Below are positions 25,791 through 39,237 of a DNA stretch of 64,000 nucleotides, piece after piece. Under the pieces are notes generated by a model, which saw only the letters and a program-made list of their open reading frames with translations, did no database searches and was not told where the DNA came from. The DNA lies in contig OZ024742.1 of the NCBI GenBank assembly GCA_964016885.1, positions 217,000,001-217,064,000 on the forward strand, written 5' to 3'. This DNA is from Eledone cirrhosa. Lineage: Eukaryota. The first letter of the stretch is position 1, and every line of letters starts with the position of its first letter. The position numbers were made by a program, and so were the translations under genes.

Positions 25791-27719
25791 TCAACACAGT
25801 TAAATTGTCTTCTTTCTATTAACACCGACGTTATAGCTCTGTCGTATTCTTCTATAATTCGACGACTGATTTGGTCATTTCGCTTCACAACGTCTCTTAC
25901 ATATACAGTATTTCATTTGCAAAAATCCACTATACGCCCTCCATACAAAATTTACTTTTAATAGAAGGAGCTCATAGTGAAAGGATTGTGTAGAGTAACC
26001 TTGTAGAGAAGGCAATATTATCACTGCAAAATAGATATCAGAGCACGTTTCAAATACTATGTGAAAATTGTTTTTAATTCTTTTTTTTTTTTTTACTTTT
26101 TGATTTTACACAACGAATTCCTTGTAGAGAAAGCATGAAGGACCTACAATCAATGTCTCTTATTGTATTGTTTAGAAACGGAAAGCTTACAGCCTTTAAA
26201 CCTAGTCAAAAAGGATACAAATAGTTGATATTTGTGTAACAATTGCTGTAGAATGAGAAGTAAACAGCTGGAAAAAGTCATTCTTTCATCTAAAGTTCTG
26301 AAAAATGTCAAGACCATTAAAACGAGTTATTTTATTTGGTTTTATTATTGTTGTTGTTGTTTGTTTGTTCTTGTCAGAGGTTGGAGGTGGACTTCTGATC
26401 TAGCTCCCTGTAGCACAGAGCCTTTGTTTTTAAGTAATAAATCAATAAAGGAAAAATGTGTTTTGAACTGTAATAACCAAGTATGTTGAAACTTCAATTG
26501 GCATGTGCGCAATTTGACAAATTGAACTTGTTTAAATGTTGCAGATTCCGATGATTTTTTTTTTTTTTTTTTCTAAATATCATCTGATACATGCAATATT
26601 TGGTTCGTAGGAGCGGAAAATGATTTCATATAGGTAATAAAAATCAGAGGTGGGTCCGAAGAATTGTTTGAATGTTTTGGTAAGGTGTATATATGGCTCT
26701 CACCTTCTAAGAGAGAAAACACGAAAGTCTTTTGAAACCCTTAATGTGTCTATGGCTCACTTACCAAAGTTTCATCTTCATGCAGTGTATCATTGGATAA
26801 ATCAGTCTGGAAGAGCTCATGTATTGACCAATGTAACTTACAACAGGAAGAAATGTCAGGTATTGAAAATTTGCGAACGAAAAAATGACTCAATGAAGAA
26901 ACGAACTTATATCACTTTACGACGGTGCTTATACATCGGTGAGGCGAACAAGAGTTTAAATTGATACTTTTGTTTAAAATCAAAGAGAAAATATAACAAT
27001 AATCATAGACAATACACTACTTGTGGTTATTACTTTGAAACAAAGCCAGATCTTCATTTCTGTAAATGAAGGATGGGAAGTCTATTTGTTTGATATTCGT
27101 TGAATAATGAATACTTTTCTGTTGTAAATAATGTATTTTATGTAATTGTGAGATATGAGGATTGCAAAAGAGAAAGTTGTGAACATTAGTGAAACATTGG
27201 TGAAACTTCAAAAGAAAAACCAATAGTCTGATGAATTATTCTATTTCTTGTGTCAAGTTTGACATATAGGATTTTGATAACTGTTTTGTCGTTTTAACAA
27301 GTTTTAGCAATTATTGACTTTCATGAGATCGATTTACTGCTGTCACGACAAAAAAATATTTGTCTATTGTGATATGAAATAATAAATATATTTACAACAC
27401 TAATATGATAAAGAACTGGTTTGCAGACAAGTTAATATTGTTAAAGTCCCAAATCCTCTGATCCGTTGTTTGTGGTTTAAGTTTAGTTTGTTTATATGTC
27501 TGTCTCTTTTAGTCTTTGATCAACTCATACTGTTGGAACTCATCCTAGTTTTCTCAACATCAAATTATTAACAGATTCATATCTCCTAGCATTGGAAGCT
27601 AGCCTGTTGCATATTGGCTACGCAGAAGCCATTCTCTTACGATTTGTGAACAGCCAAACTTGTAGGTTAAACATCAAATATTTTCGGCTTTGTCTCAGTC
27701 AATTCTTCCTTTATAATGG

Positions 27720-27933
27720 TTTCATACTGAGGCACAAGGCCAATAATTTTGGGGAAGGGGAAAGGCGGTTAAATCGACCATAGTGCGTTACAAGGACTTT
27801 ATTTTATCGACCCCGTAAGATATAATGGCAAAGCTAACCTCGGTAGGATTTGAACTCAAAACGTAAAGAGACGTGTATATGGGTCGCAAAGCATGATGTC
27901 TAACGCTCTTTCGATATAGCCATTCCACCACCC
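27720..27933 (-). mobile_element. SINE family 1
   Basis: Same head, core and tail motifs. Confidence 0.85.
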
Positions 27934-28394
27934 TTTATAATTTTAGTTTAACCATTCTCAAGAAATGGAATGCTATGTTGACCGATGTGAAGCAAAGGGC
28001 CAGGTGTTCTAATCATGGTAGTAGCAACCGTTTATTACGACAGAGTTACCTCGATGCTAACTTAGCTGCTCTTACAACACTACAAACAAATCGATAATGC
28101 AGGTCTCCGAATAACAGGAATATCTGTGGTATTTAACTAAGACCTTAAAGGCATCTTTGCTTCAAATCAGGAACTATTCAGAGAAGGATACTTGAGGTTT
28201 TAATCAAATGCCACACCCACCTGTCTATTTCATGTGCATTCTTAACAATAAATTCGGTGTTGAGTACGACCCTATAAACGTATTATATAACTTTGGTTCT
28301 ATAACACATGATAAATAACTTCTCACGATATCAATCCATGCCATGCTTTCCCTGGGCCCTAAACTAATAAAGTCGTAGGAGGAAGTGTTGTGAC

Positions 28395-28650
28395 AAACAG
28401 CGGGAATTGGGCAGTTAAACCTGGCAGAGCGAATCCTTCACTAAGCCTGAACACAACTGATTTCTTCCAGAGAGAGAGAAAGAAAAAGAGAGAGAGTGGA
28501 AGAGCGAGGAAAAATCGACACAAGCACTGGATCGGTACTTTATTTATCAACTACGAAAAAAGGAAATACAAAGGTGACCTCAGCAGGATTTGAGCTCAAA
28601 GTGCAAAGAGCCGGAATACTACCCAACGTTCTAACTACTCTGACAATACA
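28395..28650 (-). mobile_element. SINE family 1 head/core with alternative 3' segment
   Basis: Core at 28520-28600 continues into sequence homologous to 58460-58575 and 30150-30275. Confidence 0.55.
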
Positions 28651-29587
28651 AACAACACAATACAAGCCTCTGCGTAATCCAGTGCTATACAGGACATTGA
28701 GTATTACATAATATACATATCATACAATACACAACTTCAAATTATAGTCTCAAAACACCACAAATATATTTCATATTACAGTGGCTCACGTAATCACCAG
28801 CTTCATGATATGAATAGCTGGATCTATACACTACAATTAGTCATTCGAATGACTATTTGCGTGTCGTTGGTCTGCTATTCTAGATATGACTGGAGCTTGA
28901 CAATCAATGTAGCATTAACAATATTTCAGGATGTAACAATTTACATAACTTCATATATTGTGTAACAAAAGATAGCATTTATCACTCTACAATACAACAC
29001 CTGATTCTGCGTGATGTAACACAATAAATGCAAGGCACAACAGGATATTACGTAATGCAAGATTCTACAAGATTCTAGATGTTTTTATTGGTGAATTGGA
29101 TATTTTAAAAAAAAATTAGCATTTTTATTTTCTGAAATGAAATCAAACAAATCTTCGTTAGATTCGCACAAATAAAATATTTTTCAGTGTCTTTTGAAAA
29201 GCTTGCATTCTGACTTCATAAATATCTGTTTTGTTCTTTAATGACCATTGTATCAAAAACGTTGGAGATTTGTACCAAGTATTAAATCAACAGTGAAATC
29301 CTGAGTGAACACGCTTCCTGGAAAAATAAGAATCAATCGCGAACATCAAGAAAAATGTCCAGCAGAAAAAATGTCAGTGAATTTTCGAAAATTCCAAAAT
29401 AGCTCTTACAGATTACTGAATCAAAAATAAAACACCGAAAAGTGTTTTTGTTGTGAATTAAATACCGTTAAATAGAATTCGTGACCTGATTTTGATTTCT
29501 GTATAATATCGTTGTAGTTACTCTGCTAGTGTGATGAGGTATGACTTGAAAGCTGCAACTTCACATCTACGCACAACCTTATGATCG

Positions 29588-29742
29588 CACGGCTGTATAG
29601 CTAAATATTCGCTTTGTAACTATGTCGTTTCAAGTTCAATCCTCATTGTAGTACAGTGGGTAGGTGATTTCAACCATAGCATCCGGTCAATCAATGACTT
29701 TTAAGAGAAATTTGAGTGTCGGAAACTGTGTGGAAGCCAACG
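29588..29742 (+). mobile_element. tRNA-derived SINE family 2, decayed
   Basis: B-box-like AGTTCAATCC and 3' GGAAACTGTGTGGAAGCC; homologous to 46032-46190 (-). Confidence 0.55.
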
Positions 29743-31411
29743 GAATGATTATTCTTTTAAGGGGTAGTTTAACACTACCAACTGTCTCTTGAGTCTTATT
29801 GTATTGTGTTACAAGAATTTGGCCTAGGATTCCCATTTATGGCTAACTTTCTCCCTTTATTCTGCTTGTCTGGGAAGCACTAACAATGATCATCTGAATC
29901 GCATTAAAGCCCATTTGGGGAAGTTATTGTTTGATCATTTTTGAACGAACAGACTGATTTATGATCAAAGGTTCTAATAGTGTTCATACTGTCTTTTTTT
30001 TGTGTTTTTTGTTTTTTTTTGTTTGTTTTCTTTTCGTGTGGTGCTTTTAAATTAGACAAGCCGGGCCAATACTGGCCGAAACCTATCAAAGTTATCAAAG
30101 TATACAATATCTTCCACCGAAATGAACTTTGTCTTTCCTGTCCAGAATTGGGGTCAATTCTTCCCGTATATCTCTTTCTCACTTCCTCTCTCTCACTCTC
30201 TCTCACTCTCTCTCCTTCTCTGGAAGAAATCGGGTGTTCAAACCTGGAGTGTGAATGGGCTCTGCTATGTTTAAAGTGTCCAATACACTGTATGTCACGA
30301 CGACACCTCCGACACAATCAGGAATTACGGATCCATACATGTTTTCAGTATCTAGGACTATATTATCTAATGTGTTTTTCTCATTTTTAAAGCGAGTATG
30401 AGGGAAATTGGAACCTATTTCATGTGGATCAGAGCAACCAAATAGAGGTTTACTCATTATAAAGTATATTTTACCTGCAGTATTTTAGTCACCTGAGTTT
30501 AAACTGATCAGTCTAAAATGCTGCAACAACAATCTTGATCCGTCGATCCACTGTTCTAAATAAAAATTAACAGTGAGAAAATTAAAGAAATGAAATTAAT
30601 TAAGTAAAAGAAAGAATTGAAATTTAAAAGGAATTCAATAGTTTATTGGCTTCATTGTATATCATTTAATATAATTATTTTGAACACTCGCTTTATTTTC
30701 GTTAATACAACCAATATTCTTTCGTTTCTTTGTTCCATGTTTATTATTTATCGTTATCACAAATATTTTATTAAATTATATCATTATATTAAACAATCAT
30801 TCAATTCTGTGAATATGATTTTATTAAATACATTCGATATTATTCACACAACAACGAATAAATTGAAACCATAATTGTTGACCGAACTAATGAAAACTTA
30901 AGTGATCTAAAGAAAATATCCAAGAGACAAATAAATAAGATTAAAAACAATTTTGATTAAATCTTTGCTTTAATTGTTGCTTTTGGTGTTTTTTTGGTGC
31001 TTTTGAACTAACAAATATTGAATATTGGTTTTTCCCTTCAGTTTATTTCAATTGCCTCTTTGAGTTCAATTAAAGAATAGTTATTCGTATCTTATCATCT
31101 GCTCTGAGTATCACCTGTTCTGTGCTGTATCAATGCTCAAAACACTTACTTTTCGAAATCTCGAACTCGAGTATCCATAAATATGCTCTGCTTGGTAGTA
31201 AGGGTCATCGCTTTAGACATTAGGAACTTTCTACTGTTGACGAGTCGTTCATTAGCTTGTGGATATGAACGTGTGCACAACTTAGAGAGGTTCTGCTTTC
31301 CGTTGCACTATATTTCCAAGGATTGCTTACATAAAGTATTTAGTAGATTACATCAATCTAATGGATTATGAGATTCACCACTCTACTTAATGAAATGTAT
31401 TAAGTATATAT

Positions 31412-32110
31412 TCTATCTATGTAGGGCGGGTAAAATTCCCGAGATCCATGGACGAGTTATCTCCAGCGGTCTCTGTCCCTCATTATCGCTGCCATGCCCT
31501 GCGTCTCCAACAGACCAGTGTCTGTCCTTAGGGCATCAGCATACGTTAACCTCCGTCTTCCTCTTCCAGTGTGTCCATGCCGAGGATCCCACAGGAGCAC
31601 TGAGTGCAGTGTCAACTCTGGAATCCCCAAGAAGATAGTGGACCTGATATCACTGCTCTACACCAACACCAAAGCCCAAGTCATTACACCTGATGGAATG
31701 ACAGAGTTCTTTGAGATACTGGTTGGAGTGCTCCAGGGAGATACATTATCATCGCAGTAGACTATTGTATGCGCCTTGCGCTGGAGAAACACCAGGACTC
31801 TGGCTTTACTGTAACACCCGCTCAGAGCAGGAGAGTTAAGGCGAAAAAGATATCAGATGCTGAATTTGCCGACGACATAATTTTGGTGACAAACACAGTG
31901 AAGGAGGCAGGGGATTTGATGCAGGAGGTGGAGACTGTGTCGATGGGTGTGGGGCTAAGTATAAATGAGATTAAGACGAATTATCTGGTAGAGAATATTA
32001 AGAAGCCAGAGAAGATTACTAATGTAGGCGGGAAACCACTAGAATTGGTTGAGGACTTCCTGTATTTGGGAGCAAAGATTGGGAATACAGAAGATGATGT
32101 CGTCGTGAGG
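31412..32110 (-). mobile_element. RTE-clade LINE, 5'-truncated with 5' inversion
   Basis: 3' end on minus (..SREFYPP); RT segment on plus (GIPKKIV, GVLQGDTL, FADD, FLYLG); TSD AAGTATATAT at 31402-31411 and 32111-32120. Confidence 0.88.
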
Positions 32111-32132
32111 AAGTATATATATATATATATAT

Positions 32133-32569
<437 letters not shown>

Positions 32570-32685
32570 ATGTCTAATTTGTTATGTAACACTTACACAG
32601 TCTTTTGGTCAAGCTTATTTTGTTAAAATCCGTTAACTACTTCAACGTTGAACTGTTCGCATTGTGTAATAGACATTTCGTGTTG

Positions 32686-32892
32686 TGGATCGGCAGTACC
32701 GGTAGAGCGCCGGACAAAACGTTTTGTGGTATTTAGTTAAGACTTTTTCACGTTCTGAGTTCAAATACTACTGAGGTGAACTTTGCCTTTCATTCTTCTG
32801 GGATCACTAATTTACCCTTTAAATACTGGAATTGATATAATCGACTTTCTCATTCTCCTTAAATCGCCACCCTTGTGCCAATTAATGAAAGA
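32686..32892 (+). mobile_element. SINE family 1, decayed
   Basis: Same head, core and tail motifs. Confidence 0.75.
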
Positions 32893-33980
32893 ATTTTCAA
32901 ACGGGTATTTTCATAGTATGTATAATAACTTTTCTATGCGAAAAAAAAGATAGATTATGTGAGCGCTCGTTCACTAATGTAGCTGTCTTCAAACTAGTGA
33001 TATTAAAGTTGGGATTTGGGGATAATGATCATGAAGCCATGATCTCGATTCCTGGTGTGTTGCATCCTTGATCAAGACACTTTATTTCAATTACTCAAGT
33101 TTACACAGCTGGCAAAAATAAATTGCGATGATACTGGTGCCAAGCCCTATCAGCTTTTACTATATATATATATTAGTATTAAGAAATAAATAGATAAAGA
33201 AGGAAAACACTCACGCACAAGTGTTTTACTTATTGCTTCAAGTCGCATATCTGTTTCTAGTTAGTGTATCACAATATTGCCGGGTTTTTTACAACTATAC
33301 CATTCAATAAGGTTAGCACAGATGTTTCCACGTGTCATGTCGAATGATATAGTATACTTTAGCCCTAGTATAAAACATGGTTGTTAACCTGAGCATCATT
33401 AGCGCTCCTTTGCAAATGTCGCTACTAAAATACCTATATTACAACATTAACACAACACACATTAACAACCGTTCAAATAGAAGAACGAAAAACAAATTAA
33501 TGTTGATATCCATGACCATTAAAGGAATCTGTAGAAAAAATAACATAAACTGCGACAAACAATACAATCTAGAATAAACAATAAACAACTTGTATATTTT
33601 TCCACTTTTCCTGTTCATTTTTTTTTTTTTAATGATTTCGTGTTATATGAATATCTATTACACACACAGACTTACAATCATACATGATAGCTGCAACTCA
33701 ATTTCGAGTAATGCCATCGCTTCATTCTTATACAAGAGCATCACGGACGTGGCTTTTTACTCCTGTTAGGGACTTGCCTATGGCCAGCAATACCATACAT
33801 CACAAAAAATGTCACATATCAAGCGATGCCTGTGCTTGAAGCTTTTTTTAAGTGAGAAAAGGCTTTGCACGCAGCTAATCCCACTCTCTGAACATCGAAT
33901 GCATACATACATACATACATACATACATACATACATACATACATACATACATACATACATACATACATACATACATACAT

Positions 33981-34184
33981 GGTGGCTGCCAACTCGGTTT
34001 CGAGTACGGCCACTACTTTATATCCATGTAGGAGAACCCCTACCGATGCGCTGAACGAGTGTGACTTTTTAGTCCAGCCAGCGACTTGAAAACTCTGGTA
34101 CAAACACTACACCTGTGACAATTATTGACACATAGTGCTGGGTCCATGGTACCATGTGACGACAAGTGCAGAGAGATCTCCAGA
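33981..34184 (-). mobile_element. 3' end of an RTE-like LINE inserted in (CATA)n
   Basis: CSVCTRVFKSLAGLKSHTRSAH* terminal C2H2 motif typical of RTE-group ORF ends, short 3'UTR hairpin CTCG-AAAC-CGAG, (CATA)n on both sides. Confidence 0.7.
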
Positions 34185-34234
34185 TATACATACATACATA
34201 CATACATACATACATACATACATACATACATACA

Positions 34235-34265
<31 letters not shown>

Positions 34266-34999
34266 GTATGTATGTATGGTTCATTTTAACTGAATTCCTT
34301 CCTTGTGACTCGAATTTCACGCTATACTGACCGTCAGACAATATGTGTGTACGTGCATGTTTGTGCATTAGTGTGTTTTATATTCATAAGGAAACACTAT
34401 TTCGTATGAATCACCTTATGTCGATTGCCCTCTAAATTCAATTTGCATGAAAGCTACAAAAACGAAAATGTGAGTATATATATAGATATATTTTGATGTT
34501 GCACAGTTTGGTGCTTTTTGAATGTTATACCAAAATACTGAAATAAATTTACTTCAACATTCATTGAATGTAGCCAGGCTGCATTTTTTTGTCCATTTTC
34601 GTGTACATGCAGGAGACGTTTCTACCGTTTATGGGATCCAAAATGAAAAAGAAATGAACCGTAAAAGTATGTAGAAATAATTTTACATCGGTGGTTTGTT
34701 TTCATTGTTCGTACAACAACAAAGTATTTGATATCACATTGAGGAGATGATTTTCGACATTTATTTTGATGATTCAACAAGATAATGAGTTAACAATAAG
34801 CTTCTAATGCAAGGTTCATTGCATTGTTGGTTCAGTGCCTGTTTTGTTAGTGAGTAGTGAACACGCTGGTTTTTGCCAAGTTCCATCCATTGTTATAAAG
34901 TTACGAAATAATTTTATTCTCTTTTGCTTTTCATTATCTGAATAAGTTCCAGAAATGTAAGAACCCAAAGTCTCATTAAAATAAAATTGATTGATTGAT

Positions 35000-37028
35000 T
35001 TTGTTTGTCATCTTTCACAGTGAATAAGAAAATGGATACCAGAAAAGCCATATGTTGGCTTGAGAGAAATCCCGAGGGGCCATTACTTCAGATTTGTCTC
35101 CCCTCCAAACAACAAGTGCTCCTGTGTTTTCTTTACCATCACGTCGAACTCAAGGAGACAATTTCTGTAAAAAAAACACTAGCCAGAAGATCCAAGAAGT
35201 GTGGGGAAAAGCAAATATTCCTACAAAAAACGGAAAAAGAACATCCACACTTCAATAAAACAAATTGTATAAAAAGTATCAAAGATGGAAAAAAAATTTA
35301 AAAATCAAAGGTAACTGACAAAATAATGGCAAAGTGTGAAATTTAGAAATGTGATCTCGAGGAAATTTGAGACACGGCGGGAAAATCAGACGTATTTATT
35401 CATTGCTGGTGTTCACGTAAAACATCTGAGAACTTTTCAGAAAGCAAAGATGCACGATATGAAGGTAAGAAAGAGAAAGCAGGATGAAGAAGTCAAGATG
35501 TCCGAGAAAGTAGCTCTGAAAAGTTCGTTATCTAGTTTAGCTATTAGTGATGAGGATGATGAAATGTTCATGTTACCAGTGGTGGTAGTGTTGGTGTTGT
35601 TGTGGATGTGGATGTGTTTATTGTGTGTGTGTGTGTGTATGATGTTTGGATTTTTTTTTTTTTGCGGTTTTGTTTCTCTTTTTGGTCGTTGTGGTAATTT
35701 CTCGTCTTCACTACGAGAAGACGAGGTTTCTGTGTCACCCTCAGATGTTTGTGTGTTTGCGTTTTCATGGGTGTTTATGTATGTATTTGTTGGAGGAGGG
35801 GAAGGGAAGGGGAAAGCTTTCCTCATCTTACCCTTGGGTTTATTCTGTCCTGGTTGTTGTTGGTGGTGATCTATCTGTTGTTTCTGCTGTTGCCAGTGTT
35901 GGCGTTGTTGGCATTGTTGGTTGAGCGGTGGTTTGTACCGGTGTTGGCAGCAATAGAGATTTGCGACTCCCTGGCTTTTTCAGCTGAGGGCAAAAGAATC
36001 GCAGATGTGTGGATTTTGGTTTTAGTAATCACCTGTATCTCATACCAATCGGAATTTTGACGTGATCTGGTATATTTTTAATGTCTTCTGGTTTAATTTG
36101 GAGAAGAATATCCAAACCAGCCCCGGATCGTTTCTCCCTGTATGTAAATTTCCCATCTAGGAGGGTGTCAGGGCCCTCTGCAGCCACACATCCCTGGACC
36201 CACCATAGGTCCAGTCCTAGTGGGATCCTGGGAACGCAATCCCTCACACATCTCCTCTCCATGTAGGACAGGCACATTACAATTTAGTCTGACTTGCAGG
36301 GGATGATCGAATGTTTTATAGCATGGGCCTCAGGTTTGAGGAGCACTGAGATGCTCCTGAATTGTTTGGCTATTGCTATGTACTCAATGTCATTTATGCT
36401 GCACTTCAGTGCAGCCTCCATTTGTGTTTGAGAAGCGATCTCAGTTTTGTGAGTTTGCACCAAAATGCACCTATATTTCAGAGTTCTCTTCTCCGTCGCT
36501 GCCAGCACCTATGTCGGGAGGTTTAAGCTAGCTAAAGTCTTTTCTCTAGGGATGAGCTTTGCCGCCTGGGACAAATGTTCTTTCTTTTCTGTTAAATCCA
36601 TTGTGTACAAAGTTTGACCTTTAACAGCTGTGGCTGCAAAAGTACTCATGTTATTGTTCACGTTGTTGTTGTTGTTGTTGTTGTTAGTGTTGTGGTTGGT
36701 GGTGGCGTTATCGTTGTTGCTGTTGGTGTTGATGTTGTTGTTGATGTTATTGTCATTGTTGTTCTCACTTTTTGTCGTTGTTCTTGCTGTTCATGTTGTT
36801 GCTGTCCTTATTGCTGTCACGTGATATCTGACTTAACGCAAGAGTGCCTGTTTCCTCCATATTTTATTTTAAAAAAGTAAAGATGAAATATTGGGGCCAA
36901 GGCCTAAATATTAAGGGGTCGCCTTTTCACGGGGCAAAGGCGGGTGTCTTATTACAACAAAATACAAATTTAAACAACGTAATACAACAAACCTATCGCA
37001 GCTCAGAATCGCACGACTTTTAGTCGCC
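35000..37028 (-). mobile_element. Tx1-related ORF1-only element, copy E
   Basis: 5' end TTGGCGAC..GAGCTGCGATAGGTTTGTTG resembles copy A; ORF1 motifs QMEAAL..IEYIA, GAGLDILLQI..IPD, HICDSFCP-like, RATFSDIL; no ORF2 downstream; left boundary uncertain. Confidence 0.7.
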
Positions 37029-37049
37029 AATGATAATAATGATAATAAT

Positions 37050-37589
37050 GCATTCTTTATTAACCACAAGGGTTTACACAAAGTAAGACATTAAGGACAG
37101 TACATGACAATACAGGACAATACAGGACAATACAGGACGGTACAGGACGGTACAAATGGGTATTTCTGAGTGTTAAAAAAACAAAAACTGAGGATGTAAC
37201 AAAAAAAGAAACAATGAAAAATTGCCCAATAGGGGGGAGACTTCCGAGGGACATTAGTGGAGAAAGCCCATTAAAAAAGCCACGGTGACCCTGACCACCA
37301 AGGCAAGTGCCCTCTCCCAGTTTTCCACCTTCAATTTACAGACACATACTCGCTTCTCTTCATACTTGCTTCTCTCACCCATCTTTCAACAAAATGCTGG
37401 GAAGAGAGCACTTCCCTCTCTACCCTGATTTTCCTTTTCAAATGAAATTTGAAAAAGTTAATCAGGGCATCACCGAAGAGGTAAGTGCTCGTCTTCAACC
37501 CTTTCAAACGCGTCCGCCATACTATCTCTTTCGCCATGGGCCCCAGACAGATAAAAACTGCCTGCCCTTCCCGGCTAAAGGAAGAGGGC
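37050..37589 (-). mobile_element. Tx1-like 3' fragment, copy F, in (AAT)n
   Basis: Near-identical to the 3' 500 bp of copy D; flanked by degenerate (AAT)n. Confidence 0.92.
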
Positions 37590-37613
37590 TATAATAATGA
37601 TAATAATAATAAT

Positions 37614-37833
37614 GATTTCTAGTATAGGCACAAGGCCAGTAATTTTGGGGGAGAGGGGGAAAGTCGATTAAATCGACCTCAGTACGTAACTGGTACTTTA
37701 TTTTATCGACCCCGTAAGGATGAAAGGCAAAGTTAACCGCGGTGGGATTTGAACTCAGATCATAAAGAGCCGTAACTCTATGCTGCAAAGCATGGCGTCC
37801 GACCATCTACCAATGCTGCTAATCCACCGCCCT
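37614..37833 (-). mobile_element. SINE family 1, full length, in (AAT)n
   Basis: Complete head, core and tail; ATAATGATAATAATAATAAT on both sides. Confidence 0.92.
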
Positions 37834-38487
37834 ATAATGATAATAATAATAATAATGATAATAATAATAATAATAATAATTTTAAATGATTTTAAATGTG
37901 GTATATTTTTAGAAATTTGAGAACTTTTTTTTTTTTTTAATTCAAATTTTATTAAACCTCGCTTTTATTAAAATTGCATTGTTACGGCTTGCATATTTCT
38001 GTTCAACCATATGTAATTTAATTTTAATAGGGTTCTGGGTATAATTTTATGTGATAAAATGATGGTTTTCTTTATGTTTTCAATATCACAAATAAACACA
38101 GTAGAGTTAAATACAGTGATTAGGGAAAATATTAGGGTTTAGCTAACATCATTCTTTAAGAAAAACAACTCCGAACACGTTTGGCGTTTTTTGAGGGCAA
38201 AGTATAACTCACTAATGTCAACCGTTCAAATAAAGAAAAGAAGGAAGAAATATATATTGATATCCAAACTTGCGAAATATTACAACAAATCCGTGTAGAG
38301 AAAAGTAAAATGAACAACGAAAAGCTCAACTTAGAATTAAATGTGTAATAAATCAGTTGTATTTTATTCTGTTGTATGGATAACTGTGTCCTTTCTCCTG
38401 TTCGTCTTTTTCATTATCATTCTGAATGTGATCGGTATTTGTACTTTGTACACATACATACACGCACAGACACATAAACAAACACAC

Positions 38488-38522
<35 letters not shown>

Positions 38523-38594
38523 TCACTACTCAATAAACGTAATGAAGACATAAATCGTCCTTTTTATTATTAGTATTATTATATATATTATATA

Positions 38595-38631
<37 letters not shown>

Positions 38632-38955
38632 CTAATACCATCAATTTACCCTAACTTGAATGTAAATGAATCCAGAACAAATCGAAGCTGTCCACTAACT
38701 GAAGCAAACGTAATCCTTAAACCTACACTCTATTCCAGACCACTACTCCACAAGGAATAGTAAAAATCACACACATCCTTCAAAACCAAATCTCAATCTT
38801 CCAGACAAAACATCCACCAACTGGTATGAGCGTGCAGTAACACTAACATAACGTTTTTCATAATAGATCATGTCACCGATGATGGATACTATATATATAT
38901 ATCCAAAATTAAATATTAAATTAAGGGTGTCATGTCCGAGAGTCATGCGCCATAT

Positions 38956-39074
38956 CCGTAAGGATGAAAGGCAAAGTCAACCTCGGCGGGATTTGAACTC
39001 AGATCGTAAAGGGACGTAACTATGCTGGAAAGCATAGCGTCCGACCCTCTACCGATACTGCCAATCCACCGCCC
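38956..39074 (-). mobile_element. SINE family 1, partial
   Basis: Near-identical to 32212-32327. Confidence 0.85.
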
Positions 39075-39082
39075 TTTTATAT

Positions 39083-39132
<50 letters not shown>

Positions 39133-39170
39133 AATATAAGATCAAAAGATGGTTAAAAGAGTTCCAAGTA

Positions 39171-39237
39171 TTTTATTATGCGCATTTCAAAAACAAATAT
39201 CATCATGGGATGATATCTACGTTCTCATCAGATAAAA
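39171..39237 (-). ncRNA. Type I hammerhead ribozyme, Penelope-associated
   Basis: Minus strand: TTTTAT CTGATGA [long stem II incl. ATATCATC/GATGATAT] GAAA TGCGCA TA ATAAAA; palindromic stem III, AUA triplet. Confidence 0.8.

Noticed and set aside
27228-27260. CTGATGA as a hammerhead core
   Set aside because: No stem II, GAAA or stem I partner
26000-27400. Possible decayed DNA transposon coding sequence
   Set aside because: No diagnostic motif identifiable by eye; needs a translated search
34040-34255. Host C2H2 zinc-finger exon
   Set aside because: Single terminal finger followed by stop, short hairpin UTR and repeat tail; fits a LINE 3' end
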